64,000 nt of DNA from Haplodiscus bocki (lineage: Eukaryota): the NCBI GenBank assembly GCA_965655095.1, contig OZ296656.1:12710001-12774000 (forward strand). The letters are read 5' to 3'. A program made the translations under genes and the position numbers. The stretch's first letter is position 1; each line of letters starts with the position of its first letter. The notes beneath the pieces were generated by a model. That model had not been told where the DNA came from, searched no databases, and saw only the letters and a program-made list of their open reading frames with translations. Positions 13,601-25,534 of this stretch are shown here, one piece after another.

Positions 13601-16090
13601 GTAAGCGTTTTTTGTCTAAACAATAATTTTTCGCTTTTAGACGATCATGAGATGACGACAAAAAAAACTCCGAAATCGGATCGACTTAAACTCTTCTTCT
13701 TTTTGCTAGCTTTCACCAAAACCTTGGTTGAAAAATAGAAACTTAAAACCATTCCTAAAACGATGAGGTAAAAAACTTCCGGTCAGTAGCCGAAAGTATG
13801 TCGAAGATCAAATTTTATTTCACAAAAGACCCATCGGAAGACTGCCAGACCGCAACCAAGAATTAATAGCTGATAGATTATAGATTTGTCCAAGCGTTTC
13901 TGCAGAAAAAGAGTCATCCAAACAGGTAAAGAAATAGCTAAAAAGGTAAAGATCGTAGAAAGATTACTCGGAAGATAGATGTTTTCGGAGCGGGTTGAGT
14001 GAGAAACACCAGAGCTTTCAATTTTTGAAAAAAAGATTTGTTCTTGGAATTCTAGTAGACGACAGGAACAATTCCAAGAAACAAGGCAGAAAGTGCGAAA
14101 GCAAAAACGAGCTCACTTTATGAAGTTTTCAATGAGAGTCCTGTCAGGCAACACAAATAGAAATGTGGAGCGTTGCGAGCTTGGAAAATACCAATGCAGA
14201 GCTACGATTCCGAACTGCCGGGAGACTAAAAAACTATTTCCAACAATCAGTTATCAGAACAAATCTTGGAATCTCATTCAAATTAATGAGAGCTAGCTAA
14301 GTTTAGCGCTTCCAAATTTTTCCGCCAAAAAAGTAATAAAACAGGTAATGCTTTATTGGTCTTTAGCAGTTCTACCTGCTCATTGTTTGGAGGAGCGTGC
14401 GAGGAGCCAGATTTCAACAATCGCTTTCGAGAAACAAGGCAGGTGTAACCCAACGTTTTTCCAAGGACGTCAAAAAGTCCCTCGGGATTTATAGAAAACC
14501 ACTCCGGTCACTCAACAGAAGCTTTAAGGAACAAGTCCTCGATACAGCATTGGATACACATGATAGGAGATGTAGTCTCAACGAAAATATTTTCGAAGAA
14601 GACCCGCCACGGAAAACGCGCGTGAAACCTTTTCTGACAGCCCAATTACGAGTCACGAATTTCCGCAAAAAATAAATGAAACAGGCGCTCTCTGCTACTC
14701 CACTGGGCCACAAAGTTGCGGACTATAATATACCATTCAAATTAGCAGTAACTTGAAGCAATCTAAGCAAAGATGTCCCAGTGAAAAGAAATGTGATCTG
14801 ATGAAAAACGAGAGCGAAATAACGTTCATTTTATTGAATTTAGCAAAATCGCAATCAATGGTCCAAAAAAATCGCTACAACTAACCGAGACTTGCAGGTT
14901 CGGTGTACTTGGATTAGCCCTGGGTGGACGCAACCTAGCCCAAAGTCCAACAGAAAGACAATTTTAATTGATGCCGCAGCCAAAAAATTGCTAACTGTTT
15001 CGATTACAAGCCAAATATTTTTGAGATGAACGTTCAAAAACAAATCAATAGAAGCAGTTTGACCACCAGTTATCCAGAGGAAGACTCGAGTGGCTATGCT
15101 AGCGAAAAAAAGATTGATTCACCGATTACAAAGCAGAATCTTCCGCACGAAACGTAACGCCTAGGCACTCCTTGCAACTCGGTAGGGACCTCAAAGCAGC
15201 AATTACTGGATCGACAATCAACTTAGCGCTAAGTGGATGCAAAACAATGCATGGTTTTCAAGGAAAATACGTTCAGCCGACGCAAGGAAAAAAAAACAAA
15301 TTACTTTCCAATTATGGGTCAAAAACCTTTGCAAGTTCCAGACAAGACCACCCCTGCTACTCGACAGATGCTCCCGAAAGTATGTAGTTGAAACAGTGCT
15401 AGTTAGATTCAAATCTCACAAAAAAGCGAATTTCAGGCTTGAGAATCAGGATATAGAAATTCGAAAATGATGAAGTACCGATAGAACAACTATATCATTT
15501 TCAAAATTCTGTCGTAGAAAAATGGACCGAAAAACTTTCGAACCGAAAGGAAAAACTGTCATCGCACCAAAATGAAGATTGCTATCACCTCGAAAAACTT
15601 GAAAAAAGTAGGCGAAGTGCAAGCATGTGTGTCAAAGTATTGCACTTCGAAAACTGGCCAAGCAGCCAAAGAAGCTCGTTAAAAATCCTATCGTCAAAAC
15701 CTATCGAAATTTTGGGAACAGCACGAAATATTGAAAATTTATCAAAAAGATTGTTCTCGAGGACCCTTCGCAAAACTTAGGAGATTTGGAGGCCTACGTG
15801 CCGAGACAGAACAAGATAAAAAGGATTAAACATCGACGATACAGCCAAGTCACCTCCAATCCTTCGTGAAAAGACACCACCCAAAAAGTTCCATCTCACC
15901 TGAGAGTTCACGTATCATCAAAAGAACCACTTTGGGGGCTCATTTGTAAAATTCAGGCCAGTATTGGCGTGAGTGCCAAGATTTGAAACTTCGGAAAAGT
16001 CGATTTAACGACAAAACAGCTAAATGAACTCGATTTGACAAATTTATGGTGAAGAAAAACCCGATCGAAAAGTTTTGGGACCGGAAGGAA
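10700..16090 (+). mobile_element. Very degraded Ty3/Gypsy-like pol remnant (RT, RNase H, integrase order)
   Basis: Weak motif echoes only: RNase H-like DDSLCLG..YAFEAA..ENERR and ENHSEIDRKCFPSDVWTVE (12590-12860); integrase-like C..C and YLLIVW region (~14170-14750). Boundaries approximate. Confidence 0.4.
12820..13475. repeat. Diverged tandem repeat, ~155-180-bp unit, about 4 copies
   Basis: Motif GAATTGAGC..TTTGAGAAAAA..CATT..AATTGACTGAAAT..ATCAT(A)TGCA recurs from ~12893, ~13065, ~13243 and ~13399; ATGTTTGGACC occurs at ~12838 and ~13460. Confidence 0.6.
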
Positions 16091-16095
16091 AAACT

Positions 16096-16598
16096 AACAA
16101 GAAGGCCAGCTACCACTGGCAAACTTTGCGCCTTAAACACGCAATTTCAAAAGATGAAAGCGTTTTTTCCTCAAAAAAAACACTTCATATTTTCTAATTT
16201 TTCCAGCGTTCAAAGTTTTCTGATTTTTTGCCAAAAAAACCTCATATTGAGGGCGGAAAGGCCATTTTTAAAAAATATTACCATATGATACGCACTCTAC
16301 AGCAAATTTACCACCTTTAGCGATTTTAAAAAATTTCAAGATTTTTTTTTCGAAAAACCCATCTATTTTTTCAAGAAAAACCCCAAATTTTGAACATTTT
16401 GAGAAATCTTACTATTTCAGTCGCATTTTACGGCAAATTTGCTACAGTTTGATGAAAAAAATTGACATTCAGACACGTGAACAACCGATGTTGGCTCGTT
16501 TAGCGCGAGCTCAATTGGCAAACATCGGGTAAAAAAACGCACCTATTTGAGAGGAAGATTTTGCTTTCCATATTTTCAATATGGCGCAAAACAATAAT
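16096..16598 (-). mobile_element. Non-autonomous Helentron-associated (HINE/DINE-1-like) element, copy 1
   Basis: Homologous to 28657-29164. Asymmetric sub-terminal inverted repeat TTTGCGCC (16125-16132) / GGCGCAAA (16583-16590); hairpin GCCAG-ctacca-CTGGC (16105-16120); minus-strand 3' end CTTGTT. Confidence 0.75.
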
Positions 16599-16940
16599 CC
16601 GTCAATAGAAGTTTATTGTTATAACCGTGCGAAATGGACGTGTGCGTGCCAAAATAGAGCACTTGAAAATGAATAGGTATCGACGAAATATCCCAAAGGA
16701 AAACCTCACGGGATTCTGATGAAAATTGGTTGACAAAATTTTATTTTGGCGTCTATGGGACCATTGGCTCTTTACAAGAAAAATTAGCGTATAATGAAGC
16801 GCACAATTGACGAACGAAACAAGCTACGTATCTCAACCTCAGTGGATTTCATATCTTGTCCACATAAACCAGGTCTGCAAAAAATCGGACACGAACCTGC
16901 CTTAACAAAAACTTCTCCACCCGTTTCGATACTTAAAACT

Positions 16941-17069
16941 GGTGACAGGTCAAAATCTCCTAAGTCAAAATCTCCTAAGTCAAAATCTCCTATGCCAAAA
17001 TCTCCTAAGTCAAAATCTCCTACGCCAAAATCTCCTAGGTCAAAATCTCCTAAGTCAAAATCTCCTAAG
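16941..17069 (+). repeat. Left TIR of the MULE: 8 x 15-bp unit (TCAAAATCTCCTAAG)
   Basis: Directly visible tandem array 16950-17069; inverted match to 18858-18983. Confidence 0.95.
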
Positions 17070-17304
17070 CTGAATTAATCACCCAGTAATTTAATAATTA
17101 GCTAAGTTCCGTCTTCTTGTCGATTAACAAGTAAGCCTAATTTACATTCACAAGTGACAATTAAAGTAAGTAACTAAGAGAGTACTATGCCAAAATTAAC
17201 ACCCTCCACAAATCACACGCTAAAAAGGTGACAAAATGAAGCTGCGAAAGTTACTGAAATTCCAATCAATCTAATCATTCATTTAAAAATCATTTGCTGC
17301 AGAT

Positions 17305-18358
17305 ATGAGTTTCGAGTACGGTCTTTCAAACAAAAACAAAACCACCTTAATTTATAATGGCTTCGAGTATACGAAAAAACAGTCAACCAAAACAACTGTT
17401 CATTGGATTTGCCGGTATGTAAAACAGTTTAGCTGTAAAGCGACTATTATCACCTGCGAAGATACCATCATTAGGTTTCCGAAAGAACACTGCTGTCGAT
17501 ATGTTCCCGGAGGAGCAGAAGCCAGAAAAATAGTGGCCGCTATGAAGGAGACCTCGCTGTATACAGGCAATACTGACGCGATTGCCACGAGCTTAGCGAG
17601 TGTCTCTGAAAATGTCTGTGTTCAGTTATCGATGCCCAAAAAAACCCTAATCACGCGAACACTCAATCGCCACCGCCAGAAAAACAACATGAACGATTTG
17701 CCGGTCTTACCTCACACCAAAAAGTTTGAAGTACCCGAAGAATTCAAAGATTTTCTAATATTCGACTCGGGCACAGAAGACCCAGAACGACTTTTGATTT
17801 TTGGCCAACAGACGCTGCTAGAACTATTAGAATCAACTCAACACCTATGGCTCGCTGATGGAACTTTCAAACTTTGCCCCGAAATTTTCTTTCAGCTTTT
17901 CACCATCCACACATCCATTAACGGATACAACCCGCCGTGCATATACGCTCTGCTACCAAATAAACGCGAAAAAACATATGAACGTTTGCTGATAGCTGTT
18001 AAAGAAAAAATTCCAAATAGCAGACCTACAAGAATTTTGGTGGACTTCGAAAAAGCTGTCATGAACGCTTTTCAAAAAATTTTTACGGATGCAACTCTAT
18101 CGGGGTGTTACTTCCACTTGGCATTTTGGATTGCAAGCGCTATTTCAGGGATCTCATCCTAACATTTGGATATTTCTTCGGCAGCTTAAAAAAGACTCTT
18201 TAGTTCGTAAATTTAATGCCATTCAAGGACTTGCGGGTGCCGAGAACCCCACCCGAAAAAAGTACCGTTTGCTAAACAACCGAGTGCAAAATATCTGTCG
18301 GGAGTACAAAACTGCAGAAAAAATTCACTTCTTGAGAGCTATCGCTCATTTGCAGTGA
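17305..18358 (+). pseudogene. FLYWCH + MULE transposase with internal deletion/frameshift
   Basis: FLYWCH: LIYNGFEY..HWIC..CKA..H. MULE core: WLADGTFK, FFQLFTIH, PCIYALLPNK, VDFEKAVMNA, GCYFHL. Immediately after FH the frame shifts to the C-terminal WHFGLQALFQGSHPNIWIFL (ORF 18089-18358); the segment carrying the third catalytic residue (Glu) is missing. Confidence 0.9.
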
Positions 18359-18857
18359 AGAAAGACTTTATGGGAAGAATGAAAACGTTTTTGTTTGCAA
18401 TTTGATTTTCGAATTCTAGTTCCAGTTTTCCATTTTTAATTCAACACTTTTTTTTCAGTTGATGTTTTCACTGAGTTACAATTAACGGGCGCCCGGTTGC
18501 GTCCTCCCCCGGGTGCCAAAGTTGCGCACTACCCCTCATTACTGCTCTTTTATGTAGCCATATTAGAACCATGCCCATGAAACTACAGAGCGTGACAGAG
18601 AGCGTCATTGTAACATTAGTCCTAATGTTATTCAAAATCGACTACAGCTGCGTTGATTGACAGCGCGCACAACAGCGCAAGAAAAGCAGAAGTCTTATAT
18701 TACGTAACTTTTGAGCGCACTGCGTTGACTTGATTCATTTCGCTTTGTTTATTGTTACGCATCAACTACGAGGTTAGCTGTTTTTGAATTACGAACAACT
18801 TTCAACTCTAAGAGATAAAGAAAGTTGTTTTCCGATGATTTTCCTTTTGTTCTTTAA

Positions 18858-18983
18858 TTTAGGAGATTTTGACTTAGGAGATTTTGACTTAGGAGATTTT
18901 GGCGTAGGAGATTTTGACTTAGGAGATTTTGGCATAGGAGATTTTGACTTAGGAGATTTTGACTTAGATTTTGACATGTAACC
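18858..18983 (-). repeat. Right TIR of the MULE: 8 x 15-bp unit, outermost unit lacking 3 bp
   Basis: Reverse complement of the left TIR, with the same variants (..TATGCC.., ..TACGCC..) at units 3 and 5. Confidence 0.95.
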
Positions 18984-21900
18984 CTTAAAACTAGCATCTT
19001 ATCAATTAGTTAACAAACGCGTCGTCACCATACTGTTTGGCTATTCATGCTTACGAAAGAAAGTCATCGCGTTCGTCAGCGGAAGAATGAATATGAACGA
19101 GAATTAATACAAGTACGTGAGCAACAAAAGAATGTCACCCAGGTTACAATGTTAAACTTCCAAAAGTAATTCTACAGTAGTTTGAAGATTTCCCTTTACA
19201 TGTAATAAAAAAGCTGCCTCGTTTTTCATCAAAAATTTCGCCGTTTGTGTACCTCAAACTTCTTAACATTTACATTATCTTTTCTTACAAAAAGTCGCGG
19301 CACTTCTGATCGCAGTTAAAAGTAGCCAGATGTTTGTTGTTTACACTGACCATGAACATCAACAATCTGTGAGAACCAATTGAACCAACATGTATTCAGG
19401 TTTCGGTGTAATAATAGTTCAGACGGATTGTTCATTTTTATGGACAGTGTAAGCAGCCGCCAACTTTTGAGTCCGATCAGAAGGTTCCGGGCATTCTCGG
19501 AAAAAATAAAGTCGAAGTAAAAATCAGAGGCATTTTCTTAGAAAAAAATTTCAAGTTTCAGCCACACAAAACGGCTGAAGCTGTGATCCAAAACGAGACT
19601 CCTATTTTATTTCAGTTAACTAAGAATCTTCAAACTACTTTATTAATATTCCTAGAAGTTTCAAACGAACATAATTGTTATCTTAATGAAATTCTAGGAA
19701 TCTTTCTTCAACGCACTACCTATGAAGACCAATTGTTTGAGTATTACGCGAAAATATGTATCGTTCCCTTCTTGTGTCCCAAAAAGGGGGTCACTTTTTA
19801 TTTATCACAGTCCTTCAACCTTCCCTGGCTTCTTCGCTATGACGAGCAGCGACAGATTTGCATAAATTTGCAGAGAAAAGTTAACAGCTCAAGGTGATAG
19901 CAAAACATTAGCCTCGAGGATGCTTGCTATTAGGATTTTAGCATAGTAAAACTAGAGGAAGTGAGCGAAGTTCACACAAACTAACCGGATTTTTAAGAAG
20001 GGATTCAATGCTTATGAGATGGAAACTTCGAGAAAAATTTAATCACATGGCAGATTCCAAAGTGAACTGGATTATTTTGCACAGCTCATGCAAATTATCA
20101 CGGATGCGACGCGGTGCGTCGCAAAGCCGGCAACATGTTAGCAGCCAGGATTGAACATTTGCCGATTAATATTGTTCAACCAAATCACTTTGGAGGTCCA
20201 TCTCCTAATTCCAAAAATTTAGATATGAAGTTTAGACATTTTCCGCACAAAATAAGAAAATTGAGATCCCTGGCTTCAACCAAAATTATGCAATTGAGAG
20301 TAGTTGGATTAACAGCGGAGGATTGCCATCCAATCAAGAGTGTTCAGGATAATTCCTTCTAAAAACATTGTGCCAAAAAATCTAAATCTCGAAGTTAGAC
20401 ATGAAAAATTTTCCAGAAAAAAGGCCCCTGGCGGAGATCGAAGAAGCACAAGAATTGAAAAACCGCATTTTGAGGCTACCAAATAAAATGGCCAAGTAGG
20501 CAACAAGGCCCCTTTGGTTCAGAAAAGTAGATGATACAACAAGTTAAAGATTGAAACAATTGTTGAAGGTAATTTTTACGGTAGCAAGTGCGTTTTTAGC
20601 CTACTTGTTGCTTTTGTAGTTATAAAACTGGTTTGTAAAAGCGAAATTTCAGCAAAAAAATTGCGAAACTAGTTATTTTGGCTTCTCAAAAATGTTTTCC
20701 CAATACCTTGAAAAAAATTGAGAAAGTAAGCAAAAAATATAAAATTGTATCGGCTTCTAATTGAGTTATAGCAGAAGATTGAATTGTAAGGCGAAAGACA
20801 ATTTCCCGGCGAAAAATCGATTATTTTTTGGTCATGTTCAAAGCACTCACATAACCTCAATTGAGAAATTTTTATAAATCCTCCAAATTAAGCATAGATG
20901 TGTCTTAGTACTGATTTTACAAGGACTAGTAGCTAGGAAATTAATCCAATTTTCAGAAGTGCGGGAAATAACAGAATTACTGGCGAAATTATCGATTTTT
21001 GACGAAGTAGAGGGCACTAGAAAACGTCCTTTTTCAATAAAATTTACATTCTGCGAAAATTTATAGAAATTATCCTGTTTGATTTTTTCATGCTAAATTC
21101 ATACCCAAAAGTTGAACTGGAAGGCAGAGAGGCGAAACTTCCAGAAAAAAGCATTTCTGGGCAGGTTTCAGGGGTACCAAAACTAATATTATAACGAAAG
21201 TTTTAGGATTCTAAGAAATCCACAAAAATAACTTTTGTATGGAATTCAGAGGGTTGCGTAGTAGAGAAGCTGATTTGGAAGGCAAAGCTTTTTTGCTAAC
21301 TCGGTAACACTGAAATAAATTTTTGCGACGAAAAACCTCAATTCTTGTTAAAAACTGCTCAAAATGGTTCGTCAGCAAAGACTTAAACTGCACTTTTCGA
21401 AACTCTAAAGAGCAGATGTAGACAGAGGAAAGCGAAACTTACGCAGAAGTCGAAAATTTAGCTATTTCTTTTTTACTCTAAAAAACAGTAAACATTAATA
21501 GTCAAAAAATTCTGAAGAAATCAGCATCATTTTGTTATCTTTAGGCTGCTGTATTGTCGTAGCTTCGACTAGTAACTAGATCTCATCGACAAAAAGAGTC
21601 AAAAAGTCAGGCCAAATCACGAAATTTCTTACATACAAAAGTAAAGCGCCAAAGACTTTCAAAAAAATCAAGCTGATACCGTGTAAAGAGCATCTCAAAC
21701 ACAAAACTTTCAAATGCCAACGATCAAACGCGTGCAAAAATAAATGTTTCCAATTCTACAACTTCTAGAAAGCAACTAAAAATCCAAAATACTCAGACTG
21801 CTGACTTTTTGCAATAAATTTTGCGTCAGAAAAAAAATGAAATCGTCGGTTGGCAGTTCAAAAGAGCAAAAAACGGTGAAAATTACGCCGAGCGAACGTG

Positions 21901-22940
21901 TCTCTTGGAAAACTCTGGGAGATTTAGTTTGCTGTCAGACCCTTAGTAGGGCTACACAAAAATGTTGAATCACTAAAAAAAATCAAGAAACTATGTGGGA
22001 ATTTAACCGGCAAGTATTTCAATATATTCAGAAATTGGCTTTCGTAACATTTATTGTCTATCAATATTCAAAATGTTTGTAAATTGAGTCTTCTAGGTTC
22101 AGAGAAAGAATTCATGGGCCCAGTATCGTCGTCTATGAAACTCTGTGCAGGGGAATGATGTTCAGAGCTGTTCGGATTCATGGGACTGCCTGAATACAGT
22201 CAAAACCAGTTAATCACACATCGATAGTTTCCCAAAATTTTGTGCTGCAAAAAAAACAATTAGTGCTGCAAAATGAGCCTTGTTTTTTTTTAAGTTCACA
22301 ACGAATCGTCTACTTTTCCCCTGATTTTTCCCTGGCATATTTAATGCAAGCAAGTACAGTCTATAACAAGGGCGGGCAAGTACTCTTAAACACCAAAAGG
22401 TGATTTCTACAAAATTTTTCGGCACTGAGACAAAAAAAAATCTTCGTGCAAAAATCGTGATAACCCACCCCCTTATGTATCAAGTTTTTCAATACCAGAA
22501 ACTTTCAGAAACACCAAAGGCCCCCCTGCAAAACTTTTTGGTACTGTGATACCCCCCAGCCCCCCCCCCCCCATTGGTTGACTCAAATTTTTGCGCCCGA
22601 CAGATAGACAGTGCCAACCTTGAGCTGTTCTCAGCTCGTATAACTAGGACGCTCCAAATTCCTATCACATCATTAGCTTTAGGACGTTGAAATGAAAGAT
22701 TCGCCGCTTCAAAACACTGCTCGGGTTTGGCACAATTATACAATTATATGTAGTTGATTTAATGTGTTCCTAATAGACAATTTTGATCGGAATTTTGCAA
22801 AAATTACGTGTTATTATGCTGTTAGTGTAATAAGGAATTGTGTGACTAAACAACTAAACGACGTTTTTCATTCCAAATGAAAGACGAGTCGTCGTAATTT
22901 AGCGTTATTAAGCAGTTTGCGTTAAAAAACAATGTGTGAT

Positions 22941-24396
22941 TCAGTGACTCCTACTGTAGTTGGAAGGTGGCATTAGATGCCTTATAGGATTTGCAGCTGT
23001 CCGAAATGGCGCGCTCCCTCTGGCAGGATTAAAGGGCGCATAACATCTACCATGGGCTGCAATAGGTCTAGCCGGTGTCATACCCATATTTGCATTTCTA
23101 TGCCCCATTGGCCGCGGAGCAAAAGACATACCCATTGCAGCACTAGTTCGCTGCATACTGTGGATATTGCGAATCATTGGCATAGGGTAGTTGTTTCTTT
23201 GACCCAACATAGCAGCATGTGGTCGCATGTTAGCGGGCACATTCTGCGATTGCTGATTGACTTGGAGTCTCGCAGTAGGTACAGCAGCCGGTTGTCTGCT
23301 TCGAGCGAAGGGAGGAGGATTGCTGATATTGCTTGAGGCAGCAGGTCTGGGATCCAAGTTTGGACGAACACCTCCAAGTTGCGGAGCGTAGAACCTCAAA
23401 GCTTTCGATATTAACTGAGTTTCAGGAGTGTATCGGGGTCTGTATGTCGGAGCTCGCATTCTGGTGGGATTACTTTGCAGCAATTGTGCATTTTCAGTAC
23501 TCTTTACAGAAGAAGCATCCGAAGCAACAGCAACATTCGAACTTGTACTTCCGTCAGTTATATTTTGATTGACATGTTTAGAGCCTTCAGACGGGTTGCT
23601 TTCGAAAGTACTGAACTTCGGGAATGATTGACATATACTTAAAGATTGCACAGCATTATAACTAGGTTGCAAGGATTCAGAATCGCGAGGAACGGATTCA
23701 GATTTTGTTGGACTTTCGGAGGTATCTTCATCACCACCTGCCATTCCGCCCAAAATTCGGCTTTTATAAGCTTCCAGATCTAACTGCTTTGTCACACCTT
23801 CCTTGCTTTCATCACTAGTTTTAACATCCTCTTTTTCAACCTCTGTGCAATTTACTTTATCATCCGACACCGGCACTTTATCAGTTACCAATTGATTGTT
23901 CTGAATCTGATCAAGTAATCCTCGCATGAAGTTTTTCGTTGACATTTCTTCCTCTTTCGCTTCCATCAACTTCATTTTTTTCTTGTCTTTTTCTTTCTGC
24001 GTTCGTCTGCTACTCGCATCTTTAGAACCAGACCTCCATCTATCATCACTTCCATTCGACAACTCTTTCCAATTCCGTTTTTTGCAACGATCTTTCCTGC
24101 TCCCAGAACTGTCTCGTTTTCTGCGTCCGGGTGATGACATTTTATCCCTGGATTGGGAACGTCTCCAGTTCCGATTTCTGTAGGGAGATTTTGACCGGGA
24201 AGACTTCTTTTTCTCTGCATAATCTCGCTCACGTTTAGCAGATCGTTCTTTCCTTTCACGTCTCTTCTCCGCGCTCGTGCTTCGTTCGCTGCTTACGTCA
24301 AGAAGCGAGTCACGTCTGCTTTTGACCTTCATATTGCTCGATTTTGAGCTTCTAGGACTTTCGGGACTGCGGTATCTCTCTCGTGACGTTCTAGTC
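22941..24396 (-). CDS. Terminal coding exon of an Arg/Ser-rich, then acidic/Ser-rich, then Pro/Arg/Met-rich disordered protein (SR-related)
   Basis: Stop-free 463-aa ORF with RS/RD dipeptides (SRSKSPYR, RRSQSRD). The frame stays open upstream to the acceptor TTTTTAG|G (AG at 24398-24397, phase 2). Confidence 0.78.
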
Positions 24397-24886
24397 CTAA
24401 AAATTGATAAAGATGAAAGTTCTTAAAAAATTGTTGCCAACGTCACCGTCGAAAATTTCAGAAAAAAACCATTAGTTTTTAAAGCTGAAAACATGATTTA
24501 ATTTCGAAGGAAGCTAAGACTGATGAATGGAATTGCCTTTCAAATAGACGCCGCCAATATGAACTAACCAAATCGAACTGAGCATGATTACAAATTAACA
24601 GTAAATTAGTGAATTTCCTGTCATTTAAAAAAAAACGACAAAGTAGTTTAAATCCTCATTAAGCCATATACAGTCAGCGTTGAAGTTTCAAACTTGCTAA
24701 GTACTCAACGTTCATTTTATCTATAGAAAAATAATTATCATAATTTAAAGAGCTTTTCACGTAATAGAACTTGATGATGTAACATAGCTGAATGCTGAAA
24801 GTTTCTTCGAAACCCTTAACTAGGATCAATTATACAATGCTTTTTTCTTCATCAATATCAATTTTTGCGATCCATGATTTATTACG

Positions 24887-25126
24887 TCAATTAAACAAAT
24901 TTTTGTCAACAAACCTTTTTTCAGCAAATTCCTTCTTTGTTCCACGATCTTTGCGACAAGAATCGTATTTCTTTGCCTCCTCCTTTGAAAGTTCACCGAG
25001 CTCCTTCCTGATTCGATCCATTTCTCTCTTTAATTTTTCTTCATCAGTATCACTATCACAATTTTCAGTGCAATATTTGTCAGAATCTCGGTCACAAGAG
25101 GCACTACTTTTTTCTCTATGACTCAT
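24887..25126 (-). other. Charged (K/E/D/R-rich) ORF, possible additional or decayed exon of the same gene
   Basis: 79-aa ORF with composition like the neighbouring exons; no clean splice sites identified. Confidence 0.25.
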
Positions 25127-25173
25127 TTTTTAATCTACCATCAAGATTTTTCAATTTGCAAAGAGTGAATAAA

Positions 25174-25534
25174 TTAATTAATTTTGGCGAAACATGTTTC
25201 AAAACCGTTATTTTCGCAAGGATCACGTTTCTGTTTTTTTTTGTTCACAAGTTTGAGAGAAATGTATCGATCATTTCCTGACTTTTTATTGGACAAGGAA
25301 GCGGGCTCCTTACGATTGTAAGCTGAGCTGCCATTGCCAGAAGAGATATGATCTTTGCTTCGAGAATTGTTTCTATGGGATCTCGAATCATGTTTAGAAT
25401 CCCCATCTTTGATTCGATCAGATAATCTTCTCGAGTCAAACGATTTCTCTCGTTTGAAATTTTCTTCTCTAAGATTTTTTTTCATTTGTGTTTCTGTGGA
25501 AGATTTTCTACGCGCATCATCGTTGTTTCGATAC
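25174..25534 (-). CDS. Possible alternative terminal exon (R/S/K/D-rich)
   Basis: Acceptor TTAAAG|G (AG at 25536-25535, phase 2), then open YRNNDDARRKSS..DSRSHRNNSRSKD to a stop at 25174; phase-compatible with the donor at 29529. Confidence 0.4.

Larger units (their letters stand above)
16941..18983 (+). mobile_element. Mutator-like DNA transposon (FLYWCH-MULE, Phantom/Foldback-like), internally deleted
   Basis: Perfect 9-bp TSD CTTAAAACT at 16932-16940 and 18984-18992. TIRs begin GGTGACAGGTCAAAATC / GGTTACATGTCAAAATC and consist of 8 tandem 15-bp units. Encodes a FLYWCH plus MULE transposase. Confidence 0.95.

Noticed and set aside
16950-17069. Regular short repeats as a CRISPR array
   Set aside because: Units are head-to-tail with no spacers, are mirrored at 18858-18974 as TIRs, and the context is eukaryotic with no cas genes.
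18993-20400. env-like continuation of the plus-strand Gypsy remnant
   Set aside because: Only a vague compositional resemblance; too degraded to support.
22622-22647. Hairpin GAGCTG-ttct-CAGCTC followed by CTAG as a Helitron 3' end
   Set aside because: The next base is G rather than the expected T, and no 5' end or second copy is visible.
22977-24183. Plus-strand ORFs overlapping the RS-rich exon
   Set aside because: Antisense shadows of the long minus-strand ORF with no recognisable motifs.
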